A DNA stretch of 47,731 nt, from positions 1 through 47,731 of IMG/VR virus record IMGVR_UViG_3300020469_002690, one strand, 5' to 3'. Under the pieces are notes generated by a model. It worked only from the letters and a program-made list of their open reading frames with translations. It was not told the origin of the DNA and did not search any database. Positions 9,332 through 18,599 of this stretch are shown piece by piece. The translations under genes and the position numbers were made by a program. The DNA comes from a virus. Its lineage: Duplodnaviria > Caudoviricetes. The stretch's first letter is position 1, and each line of letters starts with the position of its first letter.

Positions 9332-10122
9332 AGAATTTTCCTCATCAGTTCTTCTACGTTTTCACCACCCGAAGGTAGTTTATCTTTTAAAAAGAAGTGA
9401 ATGAAATGACATTCATCTATCTTTGTGTTTGCGGTGTATAATCCATTCCATTTCCAATCAAGATGTTTTGTGGGAATATTATACTTTTTTAAAAAATAAT
9501 TTAACAATGTTTGGTCGGTGCTCCACTTCCAGTTACCGATACCATCTATAAAATCTCTAAATTCAAACCGAAGTAAAAAATCTCTGGCTGATTGACCTTT
9601 TAAAAAGGGTATGAATTTACTAGTATTTATAAGAATTAGTCCCATATTATAGAACTCATAACCAAGATTATTGTATTTAAAATCGATTTTTTTATTATTT
9701 AAGATACCGTACTGCATCATGGAATAGTTACGTATCTTATAACAATAATCTTCAGTTATTGGCATTTCCCTTTCAACGACACCACCCCAAGCATATTCAG
9801 TTCCAAATTCTTCAAATATATTTGGTGATGTTTCTTTTACGTAAATGTCAGAATCAATAATTGCAATTTGATCATAGTCTTTTAATAAATCAAATGAGGC
9901 TTCTTTTTCATATATAGGTAAATAGCCTCCATGTTTTACGTAACTTTCTGTACTACGATTTCCTGAAAATGGATCAGGTTTTATTTTTAAAACAGGCTGT
10001 CTCAATATATGATGAGTAATTCCATACTTCTCACAATATTTTGAAACGGAGTTTATACAATGTTTATATAGCTTGGAATTTTTATTCTCTCCAAGACACA
10101 CTTGATAAATCAATCTTTTCAT
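9328..10122 (-). CDS. GT-A glycosyltransferase (GT8-like)
   Basis: IIDSDI, YNMG, DQTLLN, WN, FIHF. Confidence 0.8.
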   Translation of the reverse strand: MKRLIYQVCLGENKNSKLYKHCINSVSKYCEKYGITHHILRQPVLKIKPDPFSGNRSTESYVKHGGYLPIYEKEASFDLLKDYDQIAIIDSDIYVKETSPNIFEEFGTEYAWGGVVEREMPITEDYCYKIRNYSMMQYGILNNKKIDFKYNNLGYEFYNMGLILINTSKFIPFLKGQSARDFLLRFEFRDFIDGIGNWKWSTDQTLLNYFLKKYNIPTKHLDWKWNGLYTANTKIDECHFIHFFLKDKLPSGGENVEELMRKIL

Positions 10123-11111
10123 AAGTTTTCTGGATTCTGGAAATCCTTTAAATCAAATTCTGTACCATGCATTTTCATAAGATCTCTTTCATGATTGGTG
10201 TAAACCAAAACTTCGGGATCATCAATTAAAAAATCACAATTCTTACAAAAATCTGGATAGTTACCAGACGTATGTTGGTCTCTTAGTTCGGAGTATAGTT
10301 CACCGTTCCAGATTTCTTCTATGGTATTATCTTCCATGTGACCTAAAACAGCTTCTGTATCCCTTCCTAAAACCTGACAACATGGATGTACTGCTCCTTT
10401 TTTTCCGTCCAATCCACCAGCTCTAATAACTACGTCTGGAGAGAATGGCCGTCCACAAGTTTTTACAGCGCCCTTTCTTTCGCCTATACCAGAAATATCT
10501 TGTACGCCTGACCAATTGTGCATTTTCCATATTTCGGTTTTTACTCCCAAGTCATTTACTATCTTTTTATACTTCTCTAGTTCTGTTTCTATTTCTTCGT
10601 TATTTGTTATTAAGTGATATGTCGCAACAACACAGTCTGAATTAGTTTCATTTACATATGCGACCATTTCTTCAATGTTTTGTCTTATCTTCGCATAAGT
10701 ACCACCAATTGCATTATACATCCATTTTGTATAATCTTCTTTGTCTGAACCAATGAAAGAAAATCTATAAAAATCTAATCCAGCGTCAACACAATCTTTC
10801 ATGTATTGACCTTGCATTTTAAATCCATTAGAAAATATAAAGGCCTTGGCCCCGTATTTTTTAACTACTTCTATAAATTTAGGAAGCTTTTTCTGCATTG
10901 TCGCTTCACCAGAACCATCTAGGTTAATAACTCTGACTCCATGTTTTGCACAGTCCGCAACATAACCTTCAAATTCGTCTAGTTTCATCGCTCGTCTGAA
11001 TCCTCTATCACGACCTCCGACTCTCAAATCTTGAGGACACATAGAACACGAATAGTTACAACCTCCAACTACTTCTATAACAGCTCTATCGATATTAAGT
11101 GGTAATTTCAT
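10119..11111 (-). CDS. Radical SAM protein with SPASM/twitch domain
   Basis: CNYSCSMC (CxxxCxxC), GEA motif, C-terminal CGRPF...HPCC...CKNC. Confidence 0.93.
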   Translation of the reverse strand: MKLPLNIDRAVIEVVGGCNYSCSMCPQDLRVGGRDRGFRRAMKLDEFEGYVADCAKHGVRVINLDGSGEATMQKKLPKFIEVVKKYGAKAFIFSNGFKMQGQYMKDCVDAGLDFYRFSFIGSDKEDYTKWMYNAIGGTYAKIRQNIEEMVAYVNETNSDCVVATYHLITNNEEIETELEKYKKIVNDLGVKTEIWKMHNWSGVQDISGIGERKGAVKTCGRPFSPDVVIRAGGLDGKKGAVHPCCQVLGRDTEAVLGHMEDNTIEEIWNGELYSELRDQHTSGNYPDFCKNCDFLIDDPEVLVYTNHERDLMKMHGTEFDLKDFQNPENL

Positions 11112-11968
11112 TCTCGGATCGTCCTAATTTTTTCTCTAAAAATATCTGCTTTCTTTTTTGTGTGGGATAACATAATCTCTGGATTATTTATCCAGTACCA
11201 AATATTACCATTTTCCTTTGGATTGTGACTACTTCTAACGGCGTGTAAAGTATGATATTTAGTAACACCCTCTTCACTGACAACAATCATTGGTTTACAA
11301 TAATTTTTTGCGACATAATGCCACATCCCATCATAACATATAATTTGTTGACATGTAGAGATATGCCACATAGCCTCTCTTACTGGAGTTCTGTAGGTAA
11401 GTTCATGCATATTGAAACCATATGACTCCAGTGTTTTTATTATTTTTTCCCAGTCATCATGTGTTAATTGTCTTTTCCAAGTCCTTGGAATTTCCGCATT
11501 AAATGTGGGTCTCCAGAAAACTATTTTGTTTTTTATAGTTTCTTTAAAGGCACTTTCTTTGAATATCCAATCATTTTCTGGAACTTCATCTCCAGGCTTA
11601 TCAGAAAAATGACCAGACTGAAACCAGAAACGAGCTTTATCTCTAGTTTTAGCTACTTGATATTTTTCTCCAGACTCAGATATAGTTGTATCATCTTCGT
11701 ATTTCCATTTACTATATCGACCATTAGCATTTATAACATGAAATATCTTTACATCGTCTTTTCTGTCATAAAACCTATGTATATATTGCATCCTTTCTAT
11801 GATGGTCTCTGGATCTTCAAAATGATGAAGATACTTTTCATCATGAGACCAGTGCATCTCTAAATTTATTTTGTTTTTAGTTCTCCAAGAATGTAGATGA
11901 CAACAATTGAGAGCCCACATAAAATCTCCAACCCCCGGCGTCCCTCTCCAAGTAACGAGTTCAGCCAT
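11108..11968 (-). CDS. GT-B glycosyltransferase-like (GT9-like)
   Basis: PGVGD N-terminal motif; ICYDGMWHYVA resembles the DSG..H.A motif. Confidence 0.55.
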   Translation of the reverse strand: MAELVTWRGTPGVGDFMWALNCCHLHSWRTKNKINLEMHWSHDEKYLHHFEDPETIIERMQYIHRFYDRKDDVKIFHVINANGRYSKWKYEDDTTISESGEKYQVAKTRDKARFWFQSGHFSDKPGDEVPENDWIFKESAFKETIKNKIVFWRPTFNAEIPRTWKRQLTHDDWEKIIKTLESYGFNMHELTYRTPVREAMWHISTCQQIICYDGMWHYVAKNYCKPMIVVSEEGVTKYHTLHAVRSSHNPKENGNIWYWINNPEIMLSHTKKKADIFREKIRTIRE

Positions 11969-12447
11969 CAGTTTTTCAAACTACTAATAAACTCTCCGAG
12001 CGTATCAATATCTCTGTCAGACAAAAAGGAAGCTTGCGACCACATTATCATGGATTGCCTTCCTCTCTCCTGTCTGTTTTTATATTCTGATAGTGCGGTT
12101 GTTATATACTCTTTACTCTGTCCAGATATTTTAGGAAACATACCCATACCTTCACCGTTCATGCCATGACACCCAGCACATCCATTCCACATAGGTGGAG
12201 TTGGATCTTCTATGACCACTGGAGCTTCGATCACACCAGCAGCAATCAACTTCTCTTCTTCTAGTTTTGCTAACTCGGCAACTTCACGTCTTTCTAGAAG
12301 TTGTTCATAACATTCATTGATACAATTATTTCCCATTGGTTGTCCACGATATTCCGCGTTCGCAAAGGCAAATACAATCGCAAAAGTTGCTCCACAGATT
12401 ATTAAAAATGGAAATAGTATATGATCGTTTATATCTTTATGTGCCAT
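11968..12447 (-). CDS. Membrane-anchored c-type cytochrome (c553/c4-like)
   Basis: N-terminal TM helix, CAGCHG haem-binding motif, P.I.GQ..EYI..AL..YK...R...M with axial Met, LSD.DI..L. Confidence 0.92.
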   Translation of the reverse strand: MAHKDINDHILFPFLIICGATFAIVFAFANAEYRGQPMGNNCINECYEQLLERREVAELAKLEEEKLIAAGVIEAPVVIEDPTPPMWNGCAGCHGMNGEGMGMFPKISGQSKEYITTALSEYKNRQERGRQSMIMWSQASFLSDRDIDTLGEFISSLKN

Positions 12448-12457
12448 CTATTAGTCC

Positions 12458-12802
12458 TCACTTTTTTTTCATTAATGCTTCCTTACCGTAAAATGCCGCT
12501 ACAATCGCTGCAACAGATACAAAGTAAGTCGGTGCCATATCACCTAATATTTTTCCAGCCTGATTTAGTCCAGTTAACTCACAAATAACAACTAACGATG
12601 GATACAGAAGCATTCCCGCTAGCGCGAACCATGCCATGTTTCTCTGTGCGTCTCGCATCGCGTCAGCGTCTTCGAGTTCTTTTCTTTTGAACTCAAGATG
12701 CATTTGCAACTCTCTTTCGTCTAAATGTCCATCACCATTTGTGTCAGCTTTTGCGAGAGAACCATCACTATCTACAGTTAATGTTTTTTTTGCTCTTGCC
12801 AT
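12458..12802 (-). CDS. EF-hand-loop protein with two TM helices
   Basis: DTNGDGHLDERE canonical 12-residue EF loop; two hydrophobic helices; basic C-terminus. Confidence 0.75.
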   Translation of the reverse strand: MARAKKTLTVDSDGSLAKADTNGDGHLDERELQMHLEFKRKELEDADAMRDAQRNMAWFALAGMLLYPSLVVICELTGLNQAGKILGDMAPTYFVSVAAIVAAFYGKEALMKKK

Positions 12803-12836
12803 TTTTATTCCCTTATTAATAAAATCATTACTTCAT

Positions 12837-12844
12837 TATTTATA
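12837..12844 (-). promoter_or_regulatory. Late promoter heading the 12802-4231 operon
   Basis: Exact TATAAATA, intergenic, immediately after a terminator. Confidence 0.85.
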
Positions 12845-12846
12845 AT

Positions 12847-12874
12847 AAAAAAACCCTCTCGAAGTGAGAGGGTT
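12847..12874 (-). terminator. Rho-independent terminator
   Basis: AACCCTCTC-ACTTC-GAGAGGGTT hairpin followed by a T run on the minus strand. Confidence 0.85.
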
Positions 12875-12892
12875 CATCGAGTTCGTTTTTTC

Positions 12893-13054
12893 TCAGTTTT
12901 CCGAAAGTATAAATTTTTTAGACATACACTCTAAATTATCGAAAGATGGAAACTCAACCTTTGTTATTTTTAAATCAGAGTTTGATTCAATTTCTTCCTT
13001 TTTCACTATGATATTTTCATCATTTAGAGATTCGGAAATAGTTTCTTCCGACAT
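12893..13054 (-). CDS. Small acidic protein (53 aa, not in ORF track)
   Basis: Hand translation MSEETISES...FILSEN*; abuts the upstream stop; GGAG RBS. Confidence 0.5.
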   Translation of the reverse strand: MSEETISESLNDENIIVKKEEIESNSDLKITKVEFPSFDNLECMSKKFILSEN

Positions 13055-13642
13055 TTATCTTTCTCCTATAATAGTTTCGTACACCTGTTTCCAGTTTTGT
13101 AGACGTATTCCCTTCCCAGAGTAATCCGCATTATGATCATGAGCCATCAATATTCCTTTCATGCCCAATTCAATCCCGACATCACAATTCTCTGGTTTAT
13201 CCTCAACCCAATAACATTGTGAGTCTCGATACTCCGCTAAAGCCTCATCTTTATCAGCACCAGTATCAAGGTAAGTGTATTTTTCAATAACTGTGGGCCC
13301 AAATAACTCAATTAGGTTTTTGGTTCTTAGATGTTGTGCGTATTGATCATTACTTAAACTTGTTACTATATGGAATATATATCCATGTTCTTCATGAAGT
13401 TTCTTAACATACCTCATTGCATCTCTGAGAGGAGGCAGTTTTCTTATCACCGCACTCTCATTAAACATTCTGATTAATCTACTTCCCTCTTTCTGAGATA
13501 CTCCATATCTTTCGTAGATACCATATTCTTTTTCAGCATCTTCGTTCAACTCATAACCGTGACGTTTCATCCACTGTTTGAAACAATAGATCCAATCTAA
13601 CAACACTCCATCACAATCTACCACTATTACTTTTTCGTTCAT
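13055..13642 (-). CDS. HAD-family 5'(3')-deoxyribonucleotidase-like phosphatase
   Basis: VDCDGVL motif I, VTS motif II, K, WVEDK motif IV. Confidence 0.85.
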   Translation of the reverse strand: MNEKVIVVDCDGVLLDWIYCFKQWMKRHGYELNEDAEKEYGIYERYGVSQKEGSRLIRMFNESAVIRKLPPLRDAMRYVKKLHEEHGYIFHIVTSLSNDQYAQHLRTKNLIELFGPTVIEKYTYLDTGADKDEALAEYRDSQCYWVEDKPENCDVGIELGMKGILMAHDHNADYSGKGIRLQNWKQVYETIIGER

Positions 13643-13664
13643 TTATTCCTCCATTCAATAGGGT

Positions 13665-13693
13665 ATTATAAACTATTTCGCAGTATTTGTCAA
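13665..13693 (-). promoter_or_regulatory. Early sigma70 consensus promoter
   Basis: TTGACA-17bp-TATAAT. Confidence 0.85.
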
Positions 13694-13701
13694 GGTGTTT
13701 T

Positions 13702-14550
13702 TTATGGAAATGTTGATCTATTCCAAGGGTTTGGTATTTTATATTGTTCGTTATTCCAGTGTCTTACCATGTCAACTTTCCACTCACCACCAGTATAGTG
13801 ACAGAAGTTTGCTTTCTCAAAGAATTCATCTTCAGTTTTATAATGTGGAGAATCATTCCACTTTTGATTTAAACATTCTAAATCAAACTCATGTTTTCCA
13901 AGTTGAGCTGATATGTATGGTTGATCATTCATTATTGACATATGGAATTCTGGTTTAGAATAACACCAATCTTCCCAAGAATCAAATTCTTCTCTAGCTC
14001 TTAGTCTGCCTTCTTTAGACCAAACAACAACTCCCGTATTTAAAATGGTGAGTTTAGATGGTCTATTAGGCGGTAAGGTTGGTAGTATAGGACAATTATG
14101 TATACTAAATTTAGAACAAAATTCATCATAAGTACTTTTCTTATAATCCCAAGAATTATATCCACCTCCATTCGGAGTTCTGATATCAGATTCAAGAACA
14201 CCACAAATTTCTGCACCATCTTCACATGCATCAAAAATGTTTTCTTTAGTGTTCACAATAATATCGGTATCAACAAATAAAACTTTATCATACTTGTCGA
14301 ACATTGGATCATATATCACCCTAAGACATTCAAACAAAAGAGATGTTGAACATCCATGGCCTTTCGTGAAAACTCTTTTATCAGAGTAGTGGTGATCAGC
14401 ATCTATCTGTTTTGCATAGTTCTCAAAAGAAGTTCTGGAAAAAGACGCACAAGATTGATATAATTCGGATCTATTCCACCCTAGAATATCTCCACGAGCG
14501 TCAACCACATCACTTGTTATCATGTACTGAAAAATTGCATTTTTAGCCAT
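13702..14550 (-). CDS. GT-A glycosyltransferase (GT8-like)
   Basis: LFVDTDI, LNTGVV, NDQPYI, KWN, FCHYTG. Confidence 0.82.
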   Translation of the reverse strand: MAKNAIFQYMITSDVVDARGDILGWNRSELYQSCASFSRTSFENYAKQIDADHHYSDKRVFTKGHGCSTSLLFECLRVIYDPMFDKYDKVLFVDTDIIVNTKENIFDACEDGAEICGVLESDIRTPNGGGYNSWDYKKSTYDEFCSKFSIHNCPILPTLPPNRPSKLTILNTGVVVWSKEGRLRAREEFDSWEDWCYSKPEFHMSIMNDQPYISAQLGKHEFDLECLNQKWNDSPHYKTEDEFFEKANFCHYTGGEWKVDMVRHWNNEQYKIPNPWNRSTFP

Positions 14551-14695
14551 TTCTTCTGTCCTGTGCTTGTTTTCTTTTACGTTCTTGATACTCTATCATA
14601 TCTCCAATTGTAGTCCAATTATTTTGTTGTGCCGGTTTTCTCGTCATCGTCTTATTCTCGTTCAATAATAAAGCGGAATCATTGTGTTTTAACAT
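14543..14695 (-). CDS. Small protein (50 aa, not in ORF track)
   Basis: Hand translation MLKHNDS...DRRNG*; fills the gap and overlaps the next start. Confidence 0.45.
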   Translation of the reverse strand: MLKHNDSALLLNENKTMTRKPAQQNNWTTIGDMIEYQERKRKQAQDRRNG

Positions 14696-14696
14696 A

Positions 14697-14909
14697 CTAT
14701 TCGTTAGACTCGTTCAATAAAATATCGACCATTTTTAATTTATCTTGAGCGGATGCAGCCTTTGTCACTTCCATTTCTAAAGATTGAACAATCTCAGAAT
14801 GTTCTCCGATCCCTACCGAAGTTTCTTTGTAGATTAATACGTTCGCCTTTGCCACCGCGAGATCGCCTTCAATTTTCTTTTTTAAAGCCTTTAATAATAT
14901 ATCAGACAT
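14697..14909 (-). CDS. Hypothetical protein
   Basis: 70-aa helical ORF with VGIGEH motif recalled from marine phages. Confidence 0.7.
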   Translation of the reverse strand: MSDILLKALKKKIEGDLAVAKANVLIYKETSVGIGEHSEIVQSLEMEVTKAASAQDKLKMVDILLNESNE

Positions 14910-15348
14910 TTTCCATCCTTACCATCAATCTTTCAGCCCTATTTGTGACTTGTCTATGCCATCGAGAATCTCTTCCTTCTTTGGCAGCTTCTTTCCAGTC
15001 ACCATCAATCAGAGCAGCGTTCATTTTTTTAAATTTACTAAGTCGTGTTCTTCCCATATTGAACATCATATTAACCAAGATTTCTTGGACTTCGCCGGGG
15101 AAATCTCGAAAAGTCCGCTCTTCGTATAAAGCTTCACATTCGAATATCGAGGTGTCCAGATCGGTTTCGAAACATTCCCAAACTCTCTCTTTCGATATCT
15201 CCGTTCCAACATCTTGTCCATGTTCTGGATCACTAGTCGTGACCAGATGCCCCACACCAAACGTAGGGTATCCCAAATGGTCGAGATAAATTTCATACTT
15301 TACTCCTTCATCTATTTTTAGTGTTTCAAACACGTTTTCCCTGTTCAT
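14902..15348 (-). CDS. Endolysin, T4-lysozyme (GH24) family
   Basis: DEG.....YLDHLGYPTFGVGH catalytic E/D/T motif; NMMFNMG; SRW..QV..RA.RL; start ATG 15348 after AGGA. Confidence 0.93.
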   Translation of the reverse strand: MNRENVFETLKIDEGVKYEIYLDHLGYPTFGVGHLVTTSDPEHGQDVGTEISKERVWECFETDLDTSIFECEALYEERTFRDFPGEVQEILVNMMFNMGRTRLSKFKKMNAALIDGDWKEAAKEGRDSRWHRQVTNRAERLMVRMENV

Positions 15349-15358
15349 ACTTTTATTC

Positions 15359-15595
15359 CTAAGTGTTGATGGTAGAACCTGTCCCAGCGTTCTTTTTAAT
15401 TTCTTTAAGTTTATCATTCCATTCCGTCCCAGCTAATTGTCTAGCAGTTGTATGTCCTGTCACCAACTTAGGTGCGGACATGATAATTTTTTTATAATTA
15501 GGATTTTCTTCTTCAAATTTTGAAATTTCTGAAATTTTCATATTTACTTCTATTATTTCATCATTATCAATATTTCTAAAATTATAAGTCGGCAT
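15359..15595 (-). CDS. FmdB-like small regulatory protein
   Basis: MPTYNF N-terminus and W...L.EIK...GSTI C-terminus; Cys ligands absent. Confidence 0.65.
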   Translation of the reverse strand: MPTYNFRNIDNDEIIEVNMKISEISKFEEENPNYKKIIMSAPKLVTGHTTARQLAGTEWNDKLKEIKKNAGTGSTINT

Positions 15596-15597
15596 TA

Positions 15598-16035
15598 TTA
15601 CTCTCGTATTAAATCAGGAAAAGCTTCTTGCACCAGTTTTTTAGTTAAAAATTTGACTGGCGATTCTTTAGATATCATAGAAATAACCAAGTCTGCGTCT
15701 TTGGGATGAATTGACTCTAACAGTTCAATAAATTTAAACTCTCTTCTAAATGCGGGCAGATCAGTACCAGGCCCGCCCTTTACGAAAAGACCAAAGTTTT
15801 TATGTAACTTTAAAAGAGTAGATGGAATCGATTCTTCTATATTTGGTGTGTATGGTGGTTTACCTTCTGGCAAATTGAACTTCAAAGAATCATCGAAAGT
15901 TCCTCGCAAAATGTCTGTGAACGCACGAACATCTCCGTACTTAGTCAAAACACCCAACCTTGAAGATTTATTTTTAGCCTTACTAAATTCTTCTAATATT
16001 TCAAAAACTTCAAGTTTTCTTTCTGGATAAGCCAT
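15598..16035 (-). CDS. Conserved T4-like hypothetical protein
   Basis: LPEGKPPY, RRE..FIELLESIHP.DA, LV..AFP pattern recalled from T4-like phages. Confidence 0.75.
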   Translation of the reverse strand: MAYPERKLEVFEILEEFSKAKNKSSRLGVLTKYGDVRAFTDILRGTFDDSLKFNLPEGKPPYTPNIEESIPSTLLKLHKNFGLFVKGGPGTDLPAFRREFKFIELLESIHPKDADLVISMISKESPVKFLTKKLVQEAFPDLIRE

Positions 16036-16089
16036 AATTAATACCTCTTAATAATATATGATAGTATATATAATTTATTTATTCATACT

Positions 16090-16713
16090 TTATATATGTC
16101 TAACTTCTATAACGTAACTGTCACCATTACCAGTAAATTTACGTAGATCTTGGTGGGTGACATGGTAGTTATCTAAATGTTCTAAAAATTTCTTGTTGTC
16201 TGATTTATTATATAGATCGGGACGATCTCTCAACCATTTATTGTTTAACTCTATAGAAGACATTTTATCTAAAGGCCAGACATCTTCAATAAAATAAATT
16301 CCATTCTTAGTTAGGAATGACATACAGTTTTTAAATGTTAATAAATTTGCCATTGGCCAATGAGCTCCGTCATCAATTATGTAATCAAACTTTATGTCAC
16401 CCCAAGCTTGTTTTATTTTATCGACTAAACTTGGATCTGTACTATCCGATTTCAACCAACGGACTCTGTCTTTCTCAAGGATCGATAGATTTTCTGGTTT
16501 GTTTCTTGTAAAAATGTCTATCGTGTAAATAGTTCCATTAGGGAAGTAATTGTAAAAAGCTTCAGTTGATGCTCCGTTAAAAGTACCTATTTCAAGAAGT
16601 TTTATATCCTTATTCTTTATTTTTTTAAAATAGGTTTCATATACATTATGATATAGGTGTTTCTGAGATTTGTCAGAACCAAACTTATTAAATAATTTTG
16701 ACATTTCACTCAT
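16090..16713 (-). CDS. Class I SAM-dependent (sugar O-)methyltransferase
   Basis: SDK...H.Y, LLEIG...GAS, IIDDGAH, G.YFIED motifs. Confidence 0.85.
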   Translation of the reverse strand: MSEMSKLFNKFGSDKSQKHLYHNVYETYFKKIKNKDIKLLEIGTFNGASTEAFYNYFPNGTIYTIDIFTRNKPENLSILEKDRVRWLKSDSTDPSLVDKIKQAWGDIKFDYIIDDGAHWPMANLLTFKNCMSFLTKNGIYFIEDVWPLDKMSSIELNNKWLRDRPDLYNKSDNKKFLEHLDNYHVTHQDLRKFTGNGDSYVIEVRHI

Positions 16714-16839
16714 TTGTAATCACTAATATTCGACACTCATTAAATTTTCGAATACTCATTAAAACTCCGTAGAGAGCATCATGTTCTTTTGGTAAAAAAC
16801 TAAGCCAAAAAATTAACATTATTCTTAGAGTCCATATCC

Positions 16840-17385
16840 CTAACTCTCTAGGAACCACCTCGGCACCTCTCTATTAGTCCATTTCGCAAAATATTGTTTC
16901 TCATTACGATAGTACTTTCTATAACCTTCCGTGACGATAGGTTCCTTACAATAGTCTGGCATACATTGCGGCATAATAGTTTCATTATCAGTCTCTTTGA
17001 TATTTTTAGGAGCACTGAATAATATGCTTTTTAGTTTACGAAAAGTCTCATGTACACGACCATATCGATGTTCATATTCTTTTGCACAAGCAACAAAGTG
17101 ATCATATAACCATTGATAGTTTTTTAGGTTCTCTCTAGTCCAGATTGCAGATGGATGATTGACGTGACAAGCTTTGTAAATTTGTTTTTCTAAAGACCTT
17201 TCTCTAAGTCTCCATCTTTTGATTCGTCTTCCAGCTTTTGTTCGATCAGTATATTCTTCACCGTCCAATATTCGATGTGCGGTAGACAATAACTGACCAT
17301 ACTCAATGACCATTTTTACGACATGTTTGTCGCACATCATATGTGCAGCTGTAGTTGGATTGTCATGCAATCTAAAGATATTCAT
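16840..17385 (-). CDS. denV: Pyrimidine-dimer DNA glycosylase / endonuclease V-like
   Basis: MNIF.L, DKHVVKM..E..QLLSTAH, H.NHP..IW, EY..RYG..H; start ATG 17385. Confidence 0.75.
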   Translation of the reverse strand: MNIFRLHDNPTTAAHMMCDKHVVKMVIEYGQLLSTAHRILDGEEYTDRTKAGRRIKRWRLRERSLEKQIYKACHVNHPSAIWTRENLKNYQWLYDHFVACAKEYEHRYGRVHETFRKLKSILFSAPKNIKETDNETIMPQCMPDYCKEPIVTEGYRKYYRNEKQYFAKWTNREVPRWFLES

Positions 17386-17387
17386 TA

Positions 17388-17525
17388 CTAATACTCCCAA
17401 ATAGAAGAAACAACATCCTCAACAAAATCTTGAGGAATGGCAAGTTGTTCACTAATATACTGAACGGTCTCGCCTTGTTCATATAGTTCTTGAATCTCAA
17501 AAACTAATCGGCTCATGTTACTCAC
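17388..17525 (-). CDS. Small HTH-like early protein (45 aa, not in ORF track)
   Basis: Hand translation MSNMSRLVFEIQELYEQGETVQYISEQLAIP..FVEDVV; GGAG RBS; follows an early promoter. Confidence 0.6.
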   Translation of the reverse strand: MSNMSRLVFEIQELYEQGETVQYISEQLAIPQDFVEDVVSSIWEY

Positions 17526-17551
17526 TTTTTTATCTCCATAATTAATACATT

Positions 17552-17580
17552 ATTATACACTATTTTACTTTCCTTGTCAA
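17552..17580 (-). promoter_or_regulatory. Early sigma70 consensus promoter
   Basis: TTGACA-17bp-TATAAT. Confidence 0.85.
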
Positions 17581-17587
17581 GTGTTTT

Positions 17588-17830
17588 TTACTCATTTTCA
17601 AAATAAGTTTTTATTTCTTTTCTATTGAGTTTTCTAAACCTTCTTCGAGAAACGCTCCAAGTTCTCATTGGTTTATCATACATTATTACATTTTTAGTGC
17701 CACGTGGGACGTATCCAGCAAGTGTTGCTCCCTTAGTAATGTACACGTGATTGGGAACGTAATCATGTTTTCCCCAATCAGTGATTTCTTCTCTCCAGAG
17801 ATAGTGACAAGCTTCATCAAATGTTAACAT
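17588..17830 (-). CDS. Hypothetical early protein
   Basis: 80-aa ORF with GAGG RBS between two early promoters. Confidence 0.7.
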   Translation of the reverse strand: MLTFDEACHYLWREEITDWGKHDYVPNHVYITKGATLAGYVPRGTKNVIMYDKPMRTWSVSRRRFRKLNRKEIKTYFENE

Positions 17831-17864
17831 TATATAAAATCCTCTCTCATTAATTTATGTAACC

Positions 17865-17893
17865 ATTATACCAAGAGAGACAAGTTTTGTCAA
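17865..17893 (-). promoter_or_regulatory. Early sigma70 consensus promoter
   Basis: TTGACA-17bp-TATAAT with extended -10. Confidence 0.85.
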
Positions 17894-17900
17894 GTGTTTT

Positions 17901-18599
17901 TTAATAGTTCCAATAATTTTTTGTTGCACCACTATCGAAATCAAACCCCCAATAGTCGATATCTTTTTTATACCAATCAGCAATTATTTGGATGGTATTT
18001 TTAGTATATACATCTTTGTAAGAAGTTCCATATCCTGTTTTACCCTTATCATTGGGCACACGAGTGACATTTCTGGCTCTTGGATTTTCCAACAATCCAA
18101 AGTAAAGTTTAACTTCTTCATTATAGTTTTCGAATCTCAAAATATCACAACGGTTGTTTCCCTCTTCATCTGATACATGATCATATGCGGGATACCATCC
18201 ACGTATCGCACGATGCCATAAGTATTCTTGTCCGCCCCATTTGTGACGTTCTTCTAAAAACGCCTCGAAAGATGAAGTGTCTGCATAATTTTCTGGTTGA
18301 GTTCCTTCGTATTCCATTACCTTCTTTGCGAACATATAACGAGAACACACTCTATCCCAAGGATTACGAATGATTGCAACGGCTTTATATTTCTCTCTTA
18401 AATCTTGTTTCCAATCTCTCCAACGTGCATGTTCATACCCTTGATGGTCTTTTGTTTGTGACATTTTTTCCTCAAGGCCTTGGGTGTACATTCTATTCTT
18501 ATGATTATTGGGTGTCGCAAATAGTAGTTGTTGACGAATCTTACTATTCTTTCTTACTGTCATCCCACCATTTTTAGGAATGTGTATAAACAACTTCAT
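17901..18599 (-). CDS. Sulfotransferase family 2 protein
   Basis: FIHIPKNGG, IIRNPWDRVCS, LRFEN, Y..DI..WGF. Confidence 0.88.
   Translation of the reverse strand: MKLFIHIPKNGGMTVRKNSKIRQQLLFATPNNHKNRMYTQGLEEKMSQTKDHQGYEHARWRDWKQDLREKYKAVAIIRNPWDRVCSRYMFAKKVMEYEGTQPENYADTSSFEAFLEERHKWGGQEYLWHRAIRGWYPAYDHVSDEEGNNRCDILRFENYNEEVKLYFGLLENPRARNVTRVPNDKGKTGYGTSYKDVYTKNTIQIIADWYKKDIDYWGFDFDSGATKNYWNY

Noticed and set aside
9624-9631. Intragenic TATAAATA inside a glycosyltransferase (another at 31493-31500)
   Set aside because: AT-only octamers occur by chance in this DNA, and both lie about 200-300 nt from the next start; not called without TSS data
16729-16765. Short direct repeat TTCGA(C/AT)ACTCATTAAA, twice, and a possible 42-aa ORF in this gap
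   Set aside because: Only two imperfect copies with no spacer structure; ORF support is weak
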